34,640 bases of DNA from NCBI GenBank assembly GCA_002104905.1, contig MCFE01000801.1:1-34640 (forward strand), in the 5' to 3' direction. Made by a program: the position numbers and the translations under genes. Source of the stretch: Basidiobolus meristosporus CBS 931.73 (lineage: Eukaryota > Fungi > Basidiobolomycota). Shown piece after piece: positions 33,874 to 34,640 of this stretch. Positions within the stretch are counted from its first letter, which is position 1. Every line of letters starts with the position of its first letter. The notes beneath the pieces are model-generated. The model was given only the letters and a program-made list of their open reading frames with translations, made no database searches and was not told where the DNA came from.

Positions 33874-33906
33874 ATTTGATGATGAGTTGCCCGTCTTCGG
33901 CCCTAG

Positions 33907-33914
33907 TATTTATA
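33907..33914 (-). promoter_or_regulatory. TATA box candidate (TATAAATA) for the minus-strand DDY gene
   Basis: Exact TATAAATA 33 nt upstream of the ATG; motif match only. Confidence 0.45.
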
Positions 33915-34330
33915 CAGTGAAGTTACTGCACCCCGCCCCAGTCCTCATCGAAAAATCCTCCGTAGCTGAGTGCTTATTATGCTGCAGGGACATCACTGCT
34001 ATAGCCAGTTCTACTGAACTTGCCATCGCTGCCTCAATAGAATCAGGTTAAATGAGTTTTTGCTACAAACAACAGTCTCATTTAATTGACAATCGGAAGA
34101 TTTCCCCACATACGCTCGATCAAAATAATGCAATTCTCGTAAGCTTATATTCGACTGTAGGGGATAGTAGTTGGTAGGAGATGGGATCTCAGTGAGCATT
34201 GATGGTGGTGGCGTGGATCCAGGTTCAATTTGCTTAATAGTTTAAGCGGAAGTAGCTAGTTTCCACCGGGGTTTTGGAGGGGTGCATGCTGGAACTAGAT
34301 AAGTTCAAGGAGTCCTCTTCTTCGTGCTTC

Positions 34331-34338
34331 TATAAATA
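34331..34338 (+). promoter_or_regulatory. TATA box candidate (TATAAATA) for the plus-strand DDY paralog
   Basis: Exact TATAAATA 60 nt upstream of the ATG at 34399; motif match only. Confidence 0.5.
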
Positions 34339-34398
34339 TTCGCGGCATTTTCTCCAGAATGAACCAAACTACTGATCTTGACAGTTGAAGCCTAGAAA

Positions 34399-34640
34399 AT
34401 GAAAGCCATCACTTTAGGTGCCCTTTTATTAATCGCATCTTGCTCTGCAAGTATTATGTACATTCCAAAAGATCCTGCTTACAATCACCGCCAACCATAT
34501 AAGGCACTGGTTGACAAATCACGCACTCCTGATTATTCCAGAACTCCAGACTCCGAAAAGAATTATCCGGAAGCACATCCCAAACAAAATGATTACCCTG
34601 AGAACGACTCCAAGGTACATCCAAAAGACGACGATTACCC
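34399..34640 (+). CDS. Paralogous secreted DDY-repeat protein, 5' part (runs off the window; absent from the ORF track)
   Basis: My translation: MKAITLGALLLIASCSASIMYIPKDPAYNHRQPYKALVDKSRTPDYSRTPDSEKNYPEAHPKQNDYPENDSKVHPKDDDY. It shares ASCSASIMYIPKDP exactly with the minus-strand gene. Confidence 0.88.
   Translation, partial: MKAITLGALLLIASCSASIMYIPKDPAYNHRQPYKALVDKSRTPDYSRTPDSEKNYPEAHPKQNDYPENDSKVHPKDDDY

Overview
Eukaryotic, almost certainly fungal, genomic DNA (short 58-69 nt GT-AG introns, Cdc4 and FWD-1/beta-TrCP orthologues; an early-diverging lineage is my guess, not demonstrable here). The window has three compartments. (1) 1-~4530: a tandem array of a ~1.2-kb unit running off the left edge. 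It holds three apparently identical intact genes and one nonsense-mutated copy of a secreted prepropeptide (signal peptide, KR site, then 24 D-[P/D]-C-[C/Y/W] tetrapeptides; 39 Cys in 103 mature residues), each preceded by a variable-number 24-bp minisatellite. (2) ~4590-27130: a CpG-depleted graveyard of nested, decayed transposons: Ty1/copia, two related Ty3/gypsy elements plus a solo LTR, a chromovirus 3' end, CACTA/CMC-type copies and a 729-bp foldback element. (3) ~27200-34640: a CpG-rich gene island with CDC4 and an FWD-1/beta-TrCP-like gene head-to-head, then a head-to-head pair of paralogous secreted PKxDDY-repeat protein genes (one frameshifted, one cut by the window edge). The best novelty candidates are the amplified Cys/Asp-rich secreted peptide and the DDY-repeat family. 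All calls are by eye; no database searches were run.
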